A stretch of 64,000 nt of DNA from the NCBI GenBank assembly GCA_964392775.1, contig CAYMRD010000011.1, positions 40,410 through 104,409 on the forward strand, written 5' to 3'. Below, piece after piece: positions 15,639 to 25,327 of the stretch. The stretch comes from an uncultured Bifidobacteriaceae bacterium. Lineage in GTDB: Bacteria > Bacteroidota > Bacteroidia > UKL13-3. Under the pieces are notes generated by a model. That model was not told the origin of the DNA. It saw only the letters and a list, made by a program, of their open reading frames with translations, and did no database searches. The stretch's first letter is position 1; every line of letters starts with the position of its first letter. The translations under genes and the position numbers were made by a program.

Positions 15639-18164
15639 TTAAAACTGAAACACCAGTCCAACATTGATACCCCATTTACGTACATCCACATTGTCACGGT
15701 AGGTTAAACGGTGCAACACACCTACGGTCACAAAACGTAAAATATTTTCAACACCATAACCAACCTCAATATATGGTTCTTTCTTAAACTGGTTGACAGG
15801 AGAGAACAAACGTCCCTGCTCATCCACAGGTGAAAATAAGTCGAGGTTTTGTTGTGAAAGACTGCCGTAAGCACCTTTAACGAGTGCAAAATTTCTAAGT
15901 TTCCATTTGTTTAGAATGGGTACCCTGTTAAACAATAATCCTTCAAAATGTTGGGTATACCTAAACGAGTAATATTCATCCGAAGCAAACTCATACAGGT
16001 TCATCAAACTCATGTTTTGTTCGTTGTACAAAACGGTAGAGTTTCCGCGGGGCACATCCAGCAACGGATAGGGTAATGCACCGAAAATTTTTCCGGTGGT
16101 GATGCTCCAGTCGGCTGTTCCTAAGATACCGGTATTCATGTGGTGTTCGAGGTTTACCTGTATTTTATTAAATCCGAAGTCGCCATTTAAAACACCTTTA
16201 AACGCCTGCGAATACAATAAAGTAATGGCAGGATAAGGAGAACGCTGCATCCGGATACGGTCGGCACCACGTTGAACCCAAATTTCCTTAAAGGCAAAAC
16301 GAGCTTCAATGGTAGCCGAGGTATAGGTAAAATTGCTGCGGGCATTATCGGGCGAAGCCGGTTTGGTTGGGTCGGGTTTATACGCAAACACAAATGTGCC
16401 TAAAGGTTGATAATACGTGTTTTGTGCAGTGGCACGAAACGTCCAATTGCGTTTGGGTTGTGTTAGAAACGAAAGTCGATAGTCGACAGCATGATTGAGC
16501 CGGGCTTGTGGCGACAAAAAACTCAGGGTCGTAAACAGGTTGCTCATCGTGGTGCTGTGCAACTGGGTAGAGTTAGGGTCGTTGATGCCCATAATTTCAT
16601 AATCATCTTTGAATTGAACACCAATGGTCGTCCATTTTTTATGGTTCAATACCCTGTCAATCCCAGCGCCATATTTCCATTTCTCATCATAAAATCCGTA
16701 TGCCACATAGGAGCGGATAAACCAGTTTTTTGAAAATTGATTATTGGTTCTAAACCCAACACGTACCCGCCAGTGTTCAACCTGATTGTATCCTGCAAGC
16801 AAAATATTCGGGCCGAGGTCAAGCTTTCCGGCACGGTAATATCCTTCGGCAAATATCTGTATAACCTCAAGGTAAGTCTTCACCACGGGCACATTTTTCA
16901 CCGAATCAATCATGTTAATCATTTGTTTTTCGGTTACCGAAAAAGGTTCTGTTCTTACTTCATTCCAATACACACTGTCATGGTCGAGCATGTCGGGAGC
17001 TCTTTCTACCACGGCATCAAAAAACGATACGGGTTTTGGCGAATTGATAGTAAAGTTGTTATTAGACCGGTACATCTTAGCCACAAATCCACTGGCATCT
17101 TCCCCGGGTTGTGCCAGGTCGAGTATCAACCGAGTTTTAGATACCGCCCAAATACCATTGCCAACAGGTACCATCTCCTGCTGTATTTTGAGGCGGTCTA
17201 AAAAGTTGATATTGGCCGAAGGAGCCAGCTCAAGGTCCAACCGTTTTAGTGCATAGGAGGAATCAGCTATCCAAATCGTTCCTAAAAAACCAAGATCTTC
17301 TTCACGCCTGAGGTTAAGTTTTATTTTGTAACATTTTGTTCCCTCAATCTCAACCGAATCGGTGAGGGTATAGATATAAAAACTGCTTCCGCCATCGGCA
17401 ATGGGCGATAAAAAATCTTTATTCAGAAAACGTACCCAGTTTTGGTTGAAGTTAAAATCGAGCAGGGTTGGCCCGATAATATCCAGCACATAACTGCCTT
17501 GCTCAGCCAAAAATCCATTGATATCACTGGCTTTGATGACTTCTTTGGTTAAAAAAGGATTGTTCTTCCGGTAAAAACGAGAATAGGTTTCACTCACAAA
17601 AATGGGCAGGATGTATTTGCCTTCATCGTTTTTAATTTGATTGGCGGTATCAAATAAACTTTTGATTGGTTTAAATACTTGTCTGTTTTTCATCTTCTCC
17701 GAAATATTGTCCATCGAAGCATCAAACTTGGTGTATGCATCAAATTCAATATCGGTAAGGTTTTGCGGGCTGTTTCGGTATTTGTGCTCTGCCGCTCTTT
17801 TGATGATGCGCAAAGCAGGATTTTCTCCGGCTATAATCACAACCTCATCCATTACCCTGTTATCAGGCTCCAGTTCCACGTTTAAGATTTGTGTTTCACC
17901 TGCCTTAATATGCCGTGTAATGGGTCTGTACCCGATATAGCTGAATACAATACTGTCGGCAGGTGTATTGGTTTTAAGCTGATAGTTTCCCTCAAAATCA
18001 CTGGTGGTTCCGATTTGTGTTCCTTTAAAGTGGATGCTCACAAATGGTAAGGATTCGGGTTTGCCTTTTTCGGTAATCCGTCCACGGATAATAGTTGTTT
18101 GTGCGTTTGCAGTTGTAATGCAAACACAGCACAAAATACCGATCAGCAGAAGCCATTTGAACAT
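15639..18164 (-). CDS. Outer-membrane protein with N-terminal carboxypeptidase-regulatory-like domain plus DUF5686-type body (paralogue of 29016-31652)
   Basis: Signal peptide MFKWLLLIGILCCVCITTANA. CarboxypepD_reg-like IRGRITEKGKPESLPFVSIHFKGTQIGTTSDFEGNYQLK. Start trimmed to 18164. Confidence 0.7.
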   Translation of the reverse strand: MFKWLLLIGILCCVCITTANAQTTIIRGRITEKGKPESLPFVSIHFKGTQIGTTSDFEGNYQLKTNTPADSIVFSYIGYRPITRHIKAGETQILNVELEPDNRVMDEVVIIAGENPALRIIKRAAEHKYRNSPQNLTDIEFDAYTKFDASMDNISEKMKNRQVFKPIKSLFDTANQIKNDEGKYILPIFVSETYSRFYRKNNPFLTKEVIKASDINGFLAEQGSYVLDIIGPTLLDFNFNQNWVRFLNKDFLSPIADGGSSFYIYTLTDSVEIEGTKCYKIKLNLRREEDLGFLGTIWIADSSYALKRLDLELAPSANINFLDRLKIQQEMVPVGNGIWAVSKTRLILDLAQPGEDASGFVAKMYRSNNNFTINSPKPVSFFDAVVERAPDMLDHDSVYWNEVRTEPFSVTEKQMINMIDSVKNVPVVKTYLEVIQIFAEGYYRAGKLDLGPNILLAGYNQVEHWRVRVGFRTNNQFSKNWFIRSYVAYGFYDEKWKYGAGIDRVLNHKKWTTIGVQFKDDYEIMGINDPNSTQLHSTTMSNLFTTLSFLSPQARLNHAVDYRLSFLTQPKRNWTFRATAQNTYYQPLGTFVFAYKPDPTKPASPDNARSNFTYTSATIEARFAFKEIWVQRGADRIRMQRSPYPAITLLYSQAFKGVLNGDFGFNKIQVNLEHHMNTGILGTADWSITTGKIFGALPYPLLDVPRGNSTVLYNEQNMSLMNLYEFASDEYYSFRYTQHFEGLLFNRVPILNKWKLRNFALVKGAYGSLSQQNLDLFSPVDEQGRLFSPVNQFKKEPYIEVGYGVENILRFVTVGVLHRLTYRDNVDVRKWGINVGLVFQF

Positions 18165-18261
18165 AGCAGGGTTATTCACGAAGCAACCGCAAAATGCCGG
18201 AAAAAAATAAAAAAACAAACCCGGCAACAAGTGTGTGGTATAAGATTGATAAGTTTGCGCC

Positions 18262-18567
18262 ATGAGATTTGACAAACACATATTTATTTGTGCCAACCAA
18301 AAGGCAGAAGGGAAGGCTTGTTGCGGCCATGATCAGGGACTTCATTTAGTGGAACGATTCAGAGAGGTACTTGCCGAAAAAGGCTTAAAAGGAAAAGTGA
18401 GAGCGCAACGTTCGGGTTGTTTGGATGCCTGCACCAAAGGTCCCGCTTTGGTTATCTATCCCGAAGGAACCTATTATGGTAATGTGCAATTGACGGATGT
18501 GGAACGTATTGTCGACCAGCATATCATTGGCAATTCCATACTAGAAGAGTTGGAGCTGAAATACTAA
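18262..18567 (+). CDS. (2Fe-2S) thioredoxin-like ferredoxin domain protein
   Basis: Cys pattern CCGH ... C...C in 101 aa, as in thioredoxin-like [2Fe-2S] ferredoxins. Confidence 0.6.
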   Translation: MRFDKHIFICANQKAEGKACCGHDQGLHLVERFREVLAEKGLKGKVRAQRSGCLDACTKGPALVIYPEGTYYGNVQLTDVERIVDQHIIGNSILEELELKY

Positions 18568-18616
18568 ATGGTTTGTGATGTGTGAATTAGGATTTGTGAT
18601 GTTTGATTTGGGAAAA

Positions 18617-18809
18617 ACAGACGACACCATTTCGTGTCTTTCTTCCTCATTAAAATTTGTGGCCTTCGTGTACAAGTCTAATACTCTTTTTTTTGTACAC
18701 GGACACTAAAAGGAAGAAAGATGAAAGACTACGAATAAAGTTCTAATTGACAGACGACCATGCTTCGTGCCTTTCTTCCTCATTAAAATTTGTGGCCTTC
18801 GTGTACAAG
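18617..18809 (+). repeat. Two direct 60-bp repeats (18617-18676, 18750-18809, ~88% identical) with a degenerate inverted copy between them (18686-18735)
   Basis: acagacgacacc...cattaaaatttgtggccttcgtgtacaag occurs twice. The middle segment ttttgtacacggacactaaaaggaagaaag is a partial reverse complement. Confidence 0.8.
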
Positions 18810-18871
18810 ATCATCATTAACATCCTCCACAATTCCCAAACTACATAATCAACAAATACGTATTTTGCGGC

Positions 18872-20668
18872 ATGTTTACGGCACACCTCAAGAGCATCAT
18901 CAGCAGCCTTCCCGACAGTCCCGGTGTTTATAAATACTACGACAGCGAAGGGGTATTGATGTATATCGGTAAAGCCAAAAAACTTAAAAAGCGTGTCTCA
19001 TCCTATTTTACCAAATCACACGACAGCCGAAAAACGGCCGTGATGGTAAGCAAGATTGCCGATATTCAATTCACACTGGTAGATTCGGAGATTGATGCCT
19101 TGCTGCTCGAAAATTCGCTTATCAAAACCTTTCAGCCCAGATTTAATATCAGCTTAAAGGACGATAAAACCTATCCATGGATCTGCATCAAAAAGGAACG
19201 GTTTCCACGCATTTTTTCTACCCGGCAGTATATCAAGGATGGTTCAGAGTATTTTGGTCCCTATGCATCGGGAAGCATGAAACATACCATATTGGATACG
19301 ATTAGAGGATTGTATCCAACCCGGAATTGCAACCTGCATTTATCTCAATCCAATATTGAAGAAGGAAAGTTTAAGGCTTGCCTCGAATACCAGATTGGCA
19401 ATTGCAAAGCACCCTGCATTGGAGTACAGTCGGAAGAAGACTACAATGCCTCCATCAAAGAAATCAAGAGCATTCTGAAAGGCAATACCGGAGTAGTGCA
19501 ACAACAGCTTAAACAGAACATGCAGGAAGCAGCAGCAGAATTGCGTTTTGAAGCAGCAGCACAGTACAAAAGGAAACTCGATATACTGGCTAATTACCAA
19601 AGCAAATCAACTATTGTAACTTCCATTCCCAATGATGTGGATGTATTTAGTATAGTGAGTGATGATAAGTTTGCGTTCGTAAATTTCTTAAAAGTATCAA
19701 ACGGAATGGTGATTCAAACCCAAACCTTTGAACTCAAAAAGAAACTGGAAGAAACCAAGGAAGAACTGCTGGAGTTTGCCATTGGTGAAGTGCGCGAACA
19801 ATACAAAAGTGTTTCGAGAGAGGTGATCATTCCGTTTCCTCTGGAGCTGGAGGACGAGCGCATAACCTTTACCATTCCTAAGGCAGGAGATAAAAAACAA
19901 CTGCTCGATCTTTCGTACAAAAACGCGATATATTATAAGAAAGAGAAATTATCGCAGTATGAAAAACTCAACCCGGACCTGAAAGTAGAGCGGGTACTTA
20001 CCCAAATGCAACAAGATCTCCGACTCAAAACTCTACCACGCCATATCGAGTGTTTTGATAACTCCAATATACAGGGAAACTTCCCGGTGTCGGCTATGGT
20101 GGTATTTAAAAATGCCAAACCCAGCAAAAAGGATTACCGTCACTTTAATGTACAAACGGTTGTTGGTCCCGATGATTTTGCTACCATGCGTGAGGTTATA
20201 TTCAGACGGTACCGCAGGGTGCTGGATGAACAAGAATCATTGCCTGATTTAATTATTGTAGACGGAGGGAAGGGACAACTGAGTTCTGCCATTGAGAGTT
20301 TAAAAGCTCTGGATTTATACGGCAAAGTTCCAATTTTGGGCATTGCCAAGCGATTGGAAGAACTGTATTACCCCGAAGATGAATTGCCTTTGTATATTGA
20401 TAAGAAATCAGAAACCCTCAAAATTATTCAGCAACTTAGGGACGAGGCTCACCGGTTTGGAATTACCCATCACCGCAACCGTAGAAGTAAAGGAACTATC
20501 AAATCAGAATTGAGCGAAATCAAAGGTATTGGGCAGGAAACACAAAAAATCTTGCTGAGCGAGCTGAAATCGGTTAAGCGCATTCGTGAATCTACTTTCG
20601 AATTATTGGCTGATATCATTGGACCTGCAAAGGCTAAACTGGTTTGGGGACATTTTCATCAAAGCTAA
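18872..20668 (+). CDS. uvrC: Excinuclease ABC subunit C
   Basis: GIY-YIG N-terminus (GVYKYYDSEGVLMYIGKAKKLKKRVSSYF), a UvrBC domain, and C-terminal RNase H-like and HhH regions. Confidence 0.9.
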   Translation: MFTAHLKSIISSLPDSPGVYKYYDSEGVLMYIGKAKKLKKRVSSYFTKSHDSRKTAVMVSKIADIQFTLVDSEIDALLLENSLIKTFQPRFNISLKDDKTYPWICIKKERFPRIFSTRQYIKDGSEYFGPYASGSMKHTILDTIRGLYPTRNCNLHLSQSNIEEGKFKACLEYQIGNCKAPCIGVQSEEDYNASIKEIKSILKGNTGVVQQQLKQNMQEAAAELRFEAAAQYKRKLDILANYQSKSTIVTSIPNDVDVFSIVSDDKFAFVNFLKVSNGMVIQTQTFELKKKLEETKEELLEFAIGEVREQYKSVSREVIIPFPLELEDERITFTIPKAGDKKQLLDLSYKNAIYYKKEKLSQYEKLNPDLKVERVLTQMQQDLRLKTLPRHIECFDNSNIQGNFPVSAMVVFKNAKPSKKDYRHFNVQTVVGPDDFATMREVIFRRYRRVLDEQESLPDLIIVDGGKGQLSSAIESLKALDLYGKVPILGIAKRLEELYYPEDELPLYIDKKSETLKIIQQLRDEAHRFGITHHRNRRSKGTIKSELSEIKGIGQETQKILLSELKSVKRIRESTFELLADIIGPAKAKLVWGHFHQS

Positions 20669-20744
20669 TGTTGGCTATTTGTAACCTTTTAATTAAGTTT
20701 GGAAAAACTATCAGTTATTTTTTAACCCTAAAACAATCTTACAC

Positions 20745-21425
20745 ATGAAAAAACTATTACTAAGTTTATTATCTATCATTTCTCTATCGGCATTTGCCCA
20801 AAAGGACTTAAGCATTACATTATTGGAGCCTCTCGATAGTGCTGAAATTAATTCACTAAGACCATTTGACGTTGCCCTCTCTGTTAAAAATGCAGGCACA
20901 GATACCATTTTGGCAACGGATTCTTTTATTGTTATTTTGGGTATAGGTGGCAACGTAATAACCGCAGCGATGTATGGGGCGGAAATAATTCCCGGAGACT
21001 CTATTCTCCAAGGAGGAGCATTAACCATAACTCTTCCGTCAGATCTTGGCTGGGCACCTTTTTTTGCTGCCGTAAGTTTTAAAGATACTGTAGCCAATGT
21101 TGACCCAAATCTTGGTAATAACATCGACTTTAGTATAGTGAATTTGCGTGTATTCCCTACAGGTTTAGCGCAACTTCAAGCTTTGGCAAATTCCGTTACT
21201 GCTTATCCAAATCCTGCCAATACAGAGTTTACCCTTACAATGGATGCGTCAAACGCAACAGTTGAAATTATGGATATAACCGGCAGGTCAATTGAAAGTG
21301 CCGCTGTTACCATGGGTGAGGCTCGTTTGAATGTAAGCAGCTACAACAATGGCGTGTACTTCTATAACGTTCGCAATGAAGCGGGATCGATGGTGAAATC
21401 AGGTAAGTTTACCGTAAGTCACTAA
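20745..21425 (+). CDS. Secreted protein with T9SS C-terminal sorting domain
   Basis: Signal peptide present. C-terminus AYPNPANTEFTLTM...GVYFYNV. Confidence 0.7.
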   Translation: MKKLLLSLLSIISLSAFAQKDLSITLLEPLDSAEINSLRPFDVALSVKNAGTDTILATDSFIVILGIGGNVITAAMYGAEIIPGDSILQGGALTITLPSDLGWAPFFAAVSFKDTVANVDPNLGNNIDFSIVNLRVFPTGLAQLQALANSVTAYPNPANTEFTLTMDASNATVEIMDITGRSIESAAVTMGEARLNVSSYNNGVYFYNVRNEAGSMVKSGKFTVSH

Positions 21426-21447
21426 AATTATTTTTCTTTTAATAAAA

Positions 21448-21479
21448 GGCTGGAACACACAATTGTTCCGGCCTTTTTT
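21448..21479 (+). terminator. Rho-independent terminator after T9SS cargo gene
   Basis: ggctggaacacacaattgttccggcc followed by tttttt. Confidence 0.6.
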
Positions 21480-21559
21480 ATGGAATGCTCAAAAATAATT
21501 TTCACAAAAAGTTTTACATGTAAAAAGTATTTCTATCTTTGCCACCCTCAATAACAAAT

Positions 21560-21633
21560 GGTTTTGTAGCTCAATTGGATAGAGCATCTCACTACGGATG
21601 AGAAGGTTTGGGGTTCGAATCCCTACAAGACCA
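21560..21633 (+). tRNA. tRNA-Arg (anticodon ACG)
   Basis: Manual cloverleaf: acceptor GGTTTTG/CAAGACC, D-stem GCTC/GAGC, anticodon stem TCTCA/TGAGA with loop CTACGGA, T-arm TGGGG-TTCGAAT-CCCTA, discriminator A. Confidence 0.75.
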
Positions 21634-21636
21634 CTA

Positions 21637-21665
21637 ACCGCGAGCTTTGCCTCGCGGTTTTTTTA
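21637..21665 (+). terminator. Rho-independent terminator directly after tRNA-Arg
   Basis: accgcgag-ctttgc-ctcgcggt followed by ttttttt. Confidence 0.7.
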
Positions 21666-21777
21666 TGCTAAAAATCATGTAGCAATTGGCACACTGGCTA
21701 AATCTTTATGCTACTTTCGGTGTTTATAACTATTCAAGAATCACTTTTGGCTAATTACTATTTTTACAGCCTTAATA

Positions 21778-22743
21778 TTGGAATTTATGTCAAATACTCC
21801 CGAAAAAATTGAATGTTTAATCATTGGCAGCGGACCTGCCGGTTATACTGCTGCGATTTATGCTGCCAGAGCTGATATGAAACCTGTAGTTTATGCGGGT
21901 ATGCAACCCGGTGGTCAGTTGACCATCACCACTGATGTGGAAAATTATCCGGGTTATCCTGATGGAATCATGGGTCCTGAAATGATGGAAAACTTCCGCA
22001 AACAAGCCGAACGCTTGGGTGCTGATATTCGTTACGGGATGGTTACAAAGGTTGATTTTACAGGAAAACCACCCTATAAAGTTATTGTGGATGAAAAACA
22101 GGAAATCCTTGCCGAAACAGTAATCATTTCAACCGGAGCATCGGCTAAATGGTTGGGTATACCTTCCGAAGAAAAACTGAATGGATATGGTGTTTCAGCT
22201 TGTGCTGTATGTGACGGATTTTTCTTCCGCGGTAAAGATGTAGCCATTGTTGGAGCTGGTGATACCGCTTGTGAAGAGGCCAGCTACCTTGCCAAAATAT
22301 GTAACAAAGTATACATGATTGTACGCAGAGATGAGTTCCGCGCCAGCAAAGCCATGCAGCACCGTGTGATGAATACACCCAATATTGAGGTGTTGTTTAA
22401 CAGTGAAACAGATGAGATTTTAGGTGAAACCAAAGTGGAAGGAGCCCGAATCAAAAACAATCAAACCGGAGATGCCAAAGAAATCAGCATTCAGGGATTT
22501 TTTGTGGCAATTGGTCACCAGCCGAATACCGAAATTTTCAAACCATATATTACTATGGATGAAACCGGTTATATCATTACCCAGCCTGATTCTTCAAAAA
22601 CCAATGTAGAGGGCGTGTTTGCCTGTGGCGATGCGCAGGATAAAATTTACCGTCAGGCTGTTACAGCTGCAGGAAGCGGATGTATGGCAGCCTTGGATGC
22701 CGAACGTTACCTGTCGGCTAAACACCATGCCGCGGCTCATTAA
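21778..22743 (+). CDS. trxB: Thioredoxin-disulfide reductase
   Basis: FAD motif IIGSGPAGYTAAIYAAR, redox-active CAVCDG, and an NADPH motif. Confidence 0.9.
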   Translation: MEFMSNTPEKIECLIIGSGPAGYTAAIYAARADMKPVVYAGMQPGGQLTITTDVENYPGYPDGIMGPEMMENFRKQAERLGADIRYGMVTKVDFTGKPPYKVIVDEKQEILAETVIISTGASAKWLGIPSEEKLNGYGVSACAVCDGFFFRGKDVAIVGAGDTACEEASYLAKICNKVYMIVRRDEFRASKAMQHRVMNTPNIEVLFNSETDEILGETKVEGARIKNNQTGDAKEISIQGFFVAIGHQPNTEIFKPYITMDETGYIITQPDSSKTNVEGVFACGDAQDKIYRQAVTAAGSGCMAALDAERYLSAKHHAAAH

Positions 22744-22758
22744 TTAAAAATAAATGAC

Positions 22759-22856
22759 TATCGGGATATTGCCCCCCTGCCCCCTGCCCCTGGCGGGGAC
22801 TAGCCGCACACTTTCTAAAAGACTTTAGGGTTAGGGGGCAGGGGGCAATATTCCGA
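22759..22856 (+). repeat. Long GC-rich palindromic element: 24-bp arms (atcgggatattgccccctgccccc / gggggcagggggcaatattccgat, 23/24 paired) around a 50-nt loop that contains the ccgcacactttctaaaagac core
   Basis: Direct reading. It overlaps the first ATG of the downstream ORF. Confidence 0.8.
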
Positions 22857-22876
22857 TGGTCAGTAAAAATAAATCT

Positions 22877-23722
22877 ATGAAATATATTTTGGTATGGGTT
22901 GCTCTGGCAGCAGCCCAAATAAGTATCGCACAACGTAACTGTTGTTCTGTTAACAATGTAACCATGAACAATGCTGCATTGGCCATGAATGATGCCTTTG
23001 TGCAAGCCCATGCCGAACCTAAAGCCTTTACCCTCGAAAATCCTAAAGGGGAGATGGTGGAGTTTGCTACAACTGATGGTAAAATGGCTAAGGCTTACTT
23101 GATTAAGCCGGCCCGCAAAAGCAAAAAATACCTGTTTGTGTTTCACGAATGGTGGGGATTGAATGACTATATCAAAAAAGAAGCAGAGCAATATGCGGCC
23201 GATTTAAAAGATGTAAATGTACTGGCTATTGATTTGTACGATGGACAGGCTGCTACAACCCGGGAAGATGCAGCAAAACTCATGGGTGCAATGACGGATG
23301 CCCGGGCACGGGCGATTGTGAACGGAGCCTTGACCTTTGCCGGAAAAAAAGCAATGGTAGCCACAACAGGTTGGTGTATGGGCGGAGCCTGGAGCTTGCA
23401 AACAGCTATTGAAGGACAGCAAAAAGTGGTAGGATGTGTGATGTATTACGGGTTTCCGGAGATGAATGTAGAAAAGCTAAAACTGTTGCAAACAGATATT
23501 CTCGGTATTTTTGCCGAGAAAGATGCTTTCATCAATGTTGAAACAGTAAAGGAGTTTGAAGGAAAAGTGAAAGAAGCAGGGAAAAGCATTACAGTATACA
23601 ACTATGTTGCAGTTCATGCTTTTGCCAATCCGAGCAATCCTGATTATAATGCACAGGCAACGAAAGAAGCTTATGACAACAAGGTGCTTCCGTATTTAAA
23701 AGCCCGTCTTAAAGTAAAATAA
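22877..23722 (+). CDS. Dienelactone hydrolase family protein (secreted)
   Basis: FHEWWGLNDY motif, nucleophile context GWCMGGAW, and a signal peptide. Start trimmed to MKYIL to clear the palindrome. Confidence 0.7.
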   Translation: MKYILVWVALAAAQISIAQRNCCSVNNVTMNNAALAMNDAFVQAHAEPKAFTLENPKGEMVEFATTDGKMAKAYLIKPARKSKKYLFVFHEWWGLNDYIKKEAEQYAADLKDVNVLAIDLYDGQAATTREDAAKLMGAMTDARARAIVNGALTFAGKKAMVATTGWCMGGAWSLQTAIEGQQKVVGCVMYYGFPEMNVEKLKLLQTDILGIFAEKDAFINVETVKEFEGKVKEAGKSITVYNYVAVHAFANPSNPDYNAQATKEAYDNKVLPYLKARLKVK

Positions 23723-23724
23723 AA

Positions 23725-24063
23725 ATGTTGAACTGGAATCGTCTTACATCTATTGATGAGCTTGAAAAAATACATTCAGACTCGGCAGAGCAGCCTGTTG
23801 TGATTTTTAAACACAGTACACGTTGTTCGATTAGTTCGGCAGCGTTGGCCCGGTTTGAACGCTTCTGGGGTGATACTCCGGCAATCAAACCGTATTATCT
23901 CGATTTACTGGCGCACCGTGATGTGTCCAATGCCATTGCTGCAAAGTATGGCATTGAGCATCAGTCACCTCAGGCCTTGTTGATTCAAAAAGGTGTTTGT
24001 GTATACAATGCTTCGCACATGTCAATTGATGTTGATGATTTGAAAGCAGCGGTTACAGCATAA
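23725..24063 (+). CDS. Thioredoxin-like YtxJ-family (bacillithiol-system) protein
   Basis: 112 aa with a single-Cys TRCSIS motif in the context typical of YtxJ/DUF2847. Confidence 0.5.
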   Translation: MLNWNRLTSIDELEKIHSDSAEQPVVIFKHSTRCSISSAALARFERFWGDTPAIKPYYLDLLAHRDVSNAIAAKYGIEHQSPQALLIQKGVCVYNASHMSIDVDDLKAAVTA

Positions 24064-24169
24064 ATCTAAATCGTCTGTATACCAATCAGACGATTTGGGT
24101 CTATTTCTTCACAGCCTGTTGAAATCAGGCTAATCTTGTCAGAACCCCTATGGACTATTTTCGCCTATT

Positions 24170-25297
24170 ATGTTAGAACTGACGTCTACTGCTTATTTAT
24201 TATTGGGATTTTTAGCCGTGGTAATGCTTATACAAGTGTATTACCATTTGGGTATTCTTGGTAAATTCGCTTTTTACAAACCTCAACCCTCAGCCAAAAG
24301 GGAAGAAGAGCCTGTATCGGTGATTATCGCAGCTCGCAATGAATACGAAAACCTTCAGCGTTATTTACCTTTTATTCTCAATCAGGATTACCCTGAATAT
24401 GAAGTGGTGGTTGTAAACCATTGCTCATGGGATATGAGTCAGCAATACCTTGAAGAATTGCAACAGGAATACAAACACCTGAAAGTATCGCAACTGATTG
24501 AGCAGGAAAAATATCCTACCGGAAAAAAGTTTGCCCTAACCATTGGTATCAAAGCAGCAAAGTATGATACTTTATTATTTACGGACGCTGATTGCGAGCC
24601 GGCATCCAATCAATGGATTCGCCAGATGCAAAGCAGGTTTACAGGCAATAAGGAAATCGTATTGGGGCATTCACCCTTTTATACCAAACCGGGATTGGTT
24701 AATCTGTATGCACGTTTTGAAACGTTTATGACAGCCATTTTTTATTTTGCATTTGCCTTAACAGGTAATGCTTTTATGGGTGTGGGACGGAACTTAGCTT
24801 ATAGAAAGGATATTTTCTTTCGCCATAAAGGATTTGCAAGTCACCAGCATATAATGAGCGGTGATGATGATTTGTTTGTAAATGAAGCAGCCACTCCTTA
24901 CAATGTGGCAATCGAGATTTCGCCTGAAAGCTTTGTGTGGAGTGAGGCTAAAGAAACATTTGAGAAATGGTCGCGCCAAAAAGCACGTCACATGACAACG
25001 GGTAAACACTACAAAGGCAAGCACCAACGTGCTTTGGGTATTTATTACGCTACGTTGTTTTTGTTTTATGGATTGTTGACAGCAAGCTTAATCGTTGCAA
25101 TAGCCGCGTGGCCTTTGGTGCTTGGTATCTGGTTCATTCGTTTTGTGTCGCAATTTGTGGTGTATTATCAATCAGCAGCTAAGCTTCAATGCAAGTCGAT
25201 GCTGTGGGGATTGCCTTTGTTGGATATTCTTTTCACGTTCTACATGCTTGTTTTTGGAACCAAAGGTTTGTTCACCAAAAACCCTAAAGTTTGGTAA
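24170..25297 (+). CDS. Membrane-anchored family-2 glycosyltransferase
   Basis: N-terminal TM, GT-A domain (VSVIIAARNE...TDADCEP), and a C-terminal multi-TM region. Confidence 0.7.
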   Translation: MLELTSTAYLLLGFLAVVMLIQVYYHLGILGKFAFYKPQPSAKREEEPVSVIIAARNEYENLQRYLPFILNQDYPEYEVVVVNHCSWDMSQQYLEELQQEYKHLKVSQLIEQEKYPTGKKFALTIGIKAAKYDTLLFTDADCEPASNQWIRQMQSRFTGNKEIVLGHSPFYTKPGLVNLYARFETFMTAIFYFAFALTGNAFMGVGRNLAYRKDIFFRHKGFASHQHIMSGDDDLFVNEAATPYNVAIEISPESFVWSEAKETFEKWSRQKARHMTTGKHYKGKHQRALGIYYATLFLFYGLLTASLIVAIAAWPLVLGIWFIRFVSQFVVYYQSAAKLQCKSMLWGLPLLDILFTFYMLVFGTKGLFTKNPKVW

Positions 25298-25327
25298 TAC
25301 AAACTATCTTCGATGAAAAATAAACGA

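Noticed and set aside
15425-15697. Full-length 90-aa version of the small ORF downstream of the DUF5686 gene
   Set aside because: The 5' 78 nt would overlap the DUF5686 coding end. An internal start at 15619 (MSDNHQ...) is more plausible, and even that call is low confidence.
21560-21633. Possible integration hotspot at tRNA-Arg
   Set aside because: The tRNA is followed by its own terminator and then trxB. There is no direct repeat of the tRNA 3' end or integrase nearby.
22827-22850. G-quadruplex-like G-tracts (gggttagggggcagggggc)
   Set aside because: The G-runs are the complementary arm of the 24-bp palindrome and only three tracts are closely spaced. Duplex or hairpin formation explains them.
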